Of a stretch of DNA of 64,000 nt, positions 62,590-64,000 are shown piece by piece. The position numbers and the translations under genes are program-made. The notes beneath the pieces are model-generated. The model was not told the DNA's origin. It did no database searches and worked only from the letters and a program-made list of their open reading frames with translations. Position 1 is the first letter of the stretch; the number at the start of each line of letters is the position of its first letter. The stretch is from Octopus bimaculoides. Lineage: Eukaryota. The stretch is taken from positions 143,673,122-143,737,121 of the forward strand of contig NC_068983.1 in assembly GCF_001194135.2 (NCBI RefSeq), given 5' to 3'.

Positions 62590-63415
62590 ACTTTCTGGGG
62601 TCTCAGGTGGTTTTGGGTTTTTCAGCATCAGTCCCCTTCCTATTTGACCGTGTAGGGATTGATCAAGTCCCTGCTTGCATTCCAGCAGCAGAAAAGTACT
62701 GGTTTGCCCTCTTTATCCAAAGCCACCTAGAAGCTTTGTCTATAGCTTCAATGATGAATTTATTGCTCTCCTCTTTTCTGTACCAGTAATTATAAACACT
62801 ATTAGATCCTTGCAGAGTGAAGACCCAAGAAAATCTCATGTCTACTAGGATTGTTGGGGTTTTGTGGAGTGTTCACTCTGCAACAGACCTACCAACCCCT
62901 GGTTTCTGCTCTTCTATACTAACTTCTGGTATTTGGCAAGCCTCCTCTCCATGTGTTCTTCTCAAGGCACAGTTTCCACGTGATCACTTGTTTGGAATTT
63001 GAGATCTCTATGTCTGGGTGTAATATTGTTGATATAATATATTTTGGAAACTTTTCCACTTTCAGCTATCTGTGTAAAGCTGTGAGAAGTAGGCATAGAT
63101 TCTTGTTTCAGTGAGCTAGGCTTCTCCCCACCTTAGAGAAAAGTGATTGCTTTCTTTGTTTGAGTTATTTACTGGGGCTGAATGGCTATGGATGTCACTT
63201 ACACAACCACCTTGAGCACTTGGTCATGTCACCAGTGGTAGCAACCATTTCCTAAGGCTCTAGGGTAGTAACTGAGGACATGTTGAAGGAGCCTTTTTTT
63301 CAGTACACAAGGGAAAGCAGGCTGCTTCCTTCTTATCCCATTGAAGGTTTGTTAGACTTAGTAAAGTATCGTAGACAGCATGCATCAGAAATCTGATGTG
63401 TTGGATGTCAACCTG
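62590..63415 (-). mobile_element. HERO-like non-LTR retrotransposon 3' fragment (REL endonuclease)
   Basis: RIRFLMHAVYDTL, HVLS-YPRALGNG-YHW-HDQVL, TILHPDI...SKQVI, IIEAIDKASRWLWIKR. Confidence 0.75.
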
Positions 63416-64000
63416 CCATTGATCTGACCAAGTTATGTTATATTTACTGTATTTTGACCCACCTGCTCCAGGCCCCTTTTTGGCCTAGTCCCACCAATCT
63501 GCTAGCTACTTACAACATCAGTGATTGTTTATTCACTGTTTTTGTATGTATTGGTGGTGATGGATTTTGTGTAAGATGTTGGCTGTGAGTACACAAGCTC
63601 CTCTACAGCAAGAAACCTACCCTGCCTCATTCTCTCATGCTTTTATCCCTCATCTTTTAGCATAAAACTGCCCTCCTCTCCTCAGGGTTTGTAGTCTTCC
63701 AAGCTAAATGGTGATCTCACTAGTGCTGGTAACATGAAAAAAGAGCACCTAGTACCATGGAAAATATGCTGACATGCCAACACTGTATATGGAGTATGAA
63801 AATGATAATGATGGGTGGATGTGTGTGTGTGTGTGTGTATATTATACATGTACATAACGTGATCATGTGACTGACCAGATTATCAGATGTTATACATCAC
63901 TGGTCACAATGTGCTTTGCATTGTTTTAGCTTTCAGATGACACTATCCTGCTTGCTAGGTTAGCAGGCTAACATACCCCACTGATCACAAGGTAGACTGG

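Overview
AT-rich, repeat-dense animal genomic DNA with 8 assembly gaps. The SINE, RTE and MITE families resemble those I recall from Octopus, so a coleoid cephalopod is inferred, not proven. Two housekeeping genes diverge across a ~10 kb intergenic region. RFC1 (minus strand) has 14 coding exons in the window (26676 down to 383, ~841 codons, all splice phases consistent) and runs off the left edge; it covers a long K/E/TP-rich N-terminus, the BRCT domain, the WVDKYKP box and Walker A. SLC25A32 (mitochondrial folate/FAD carrier, plus strand) has exon 1 at 36769-37042, a ~25 kb intron, exon 2 at 62016-62172, and continues to the right. The rest is SINEs and decayed RTE, CR1, HERO, Gypsy, rosa/mariner, Helitron and piggyBac-type MITE pieces. 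The most notable items are a minimal type I hammerhead ribozyme motif with a U4C core variant (53800-53869, minus), two foldback elements carrying telomeric TTAGGG repeats, two long near-perfect hairpins (90 bp and 42 bp arms), an orphan 162-codon frame, a CDK-site array and a GC-AG intron in RFC1, and a DHFR-type double E2F site. Everything was read by eye; no database searches or folding programs were run.
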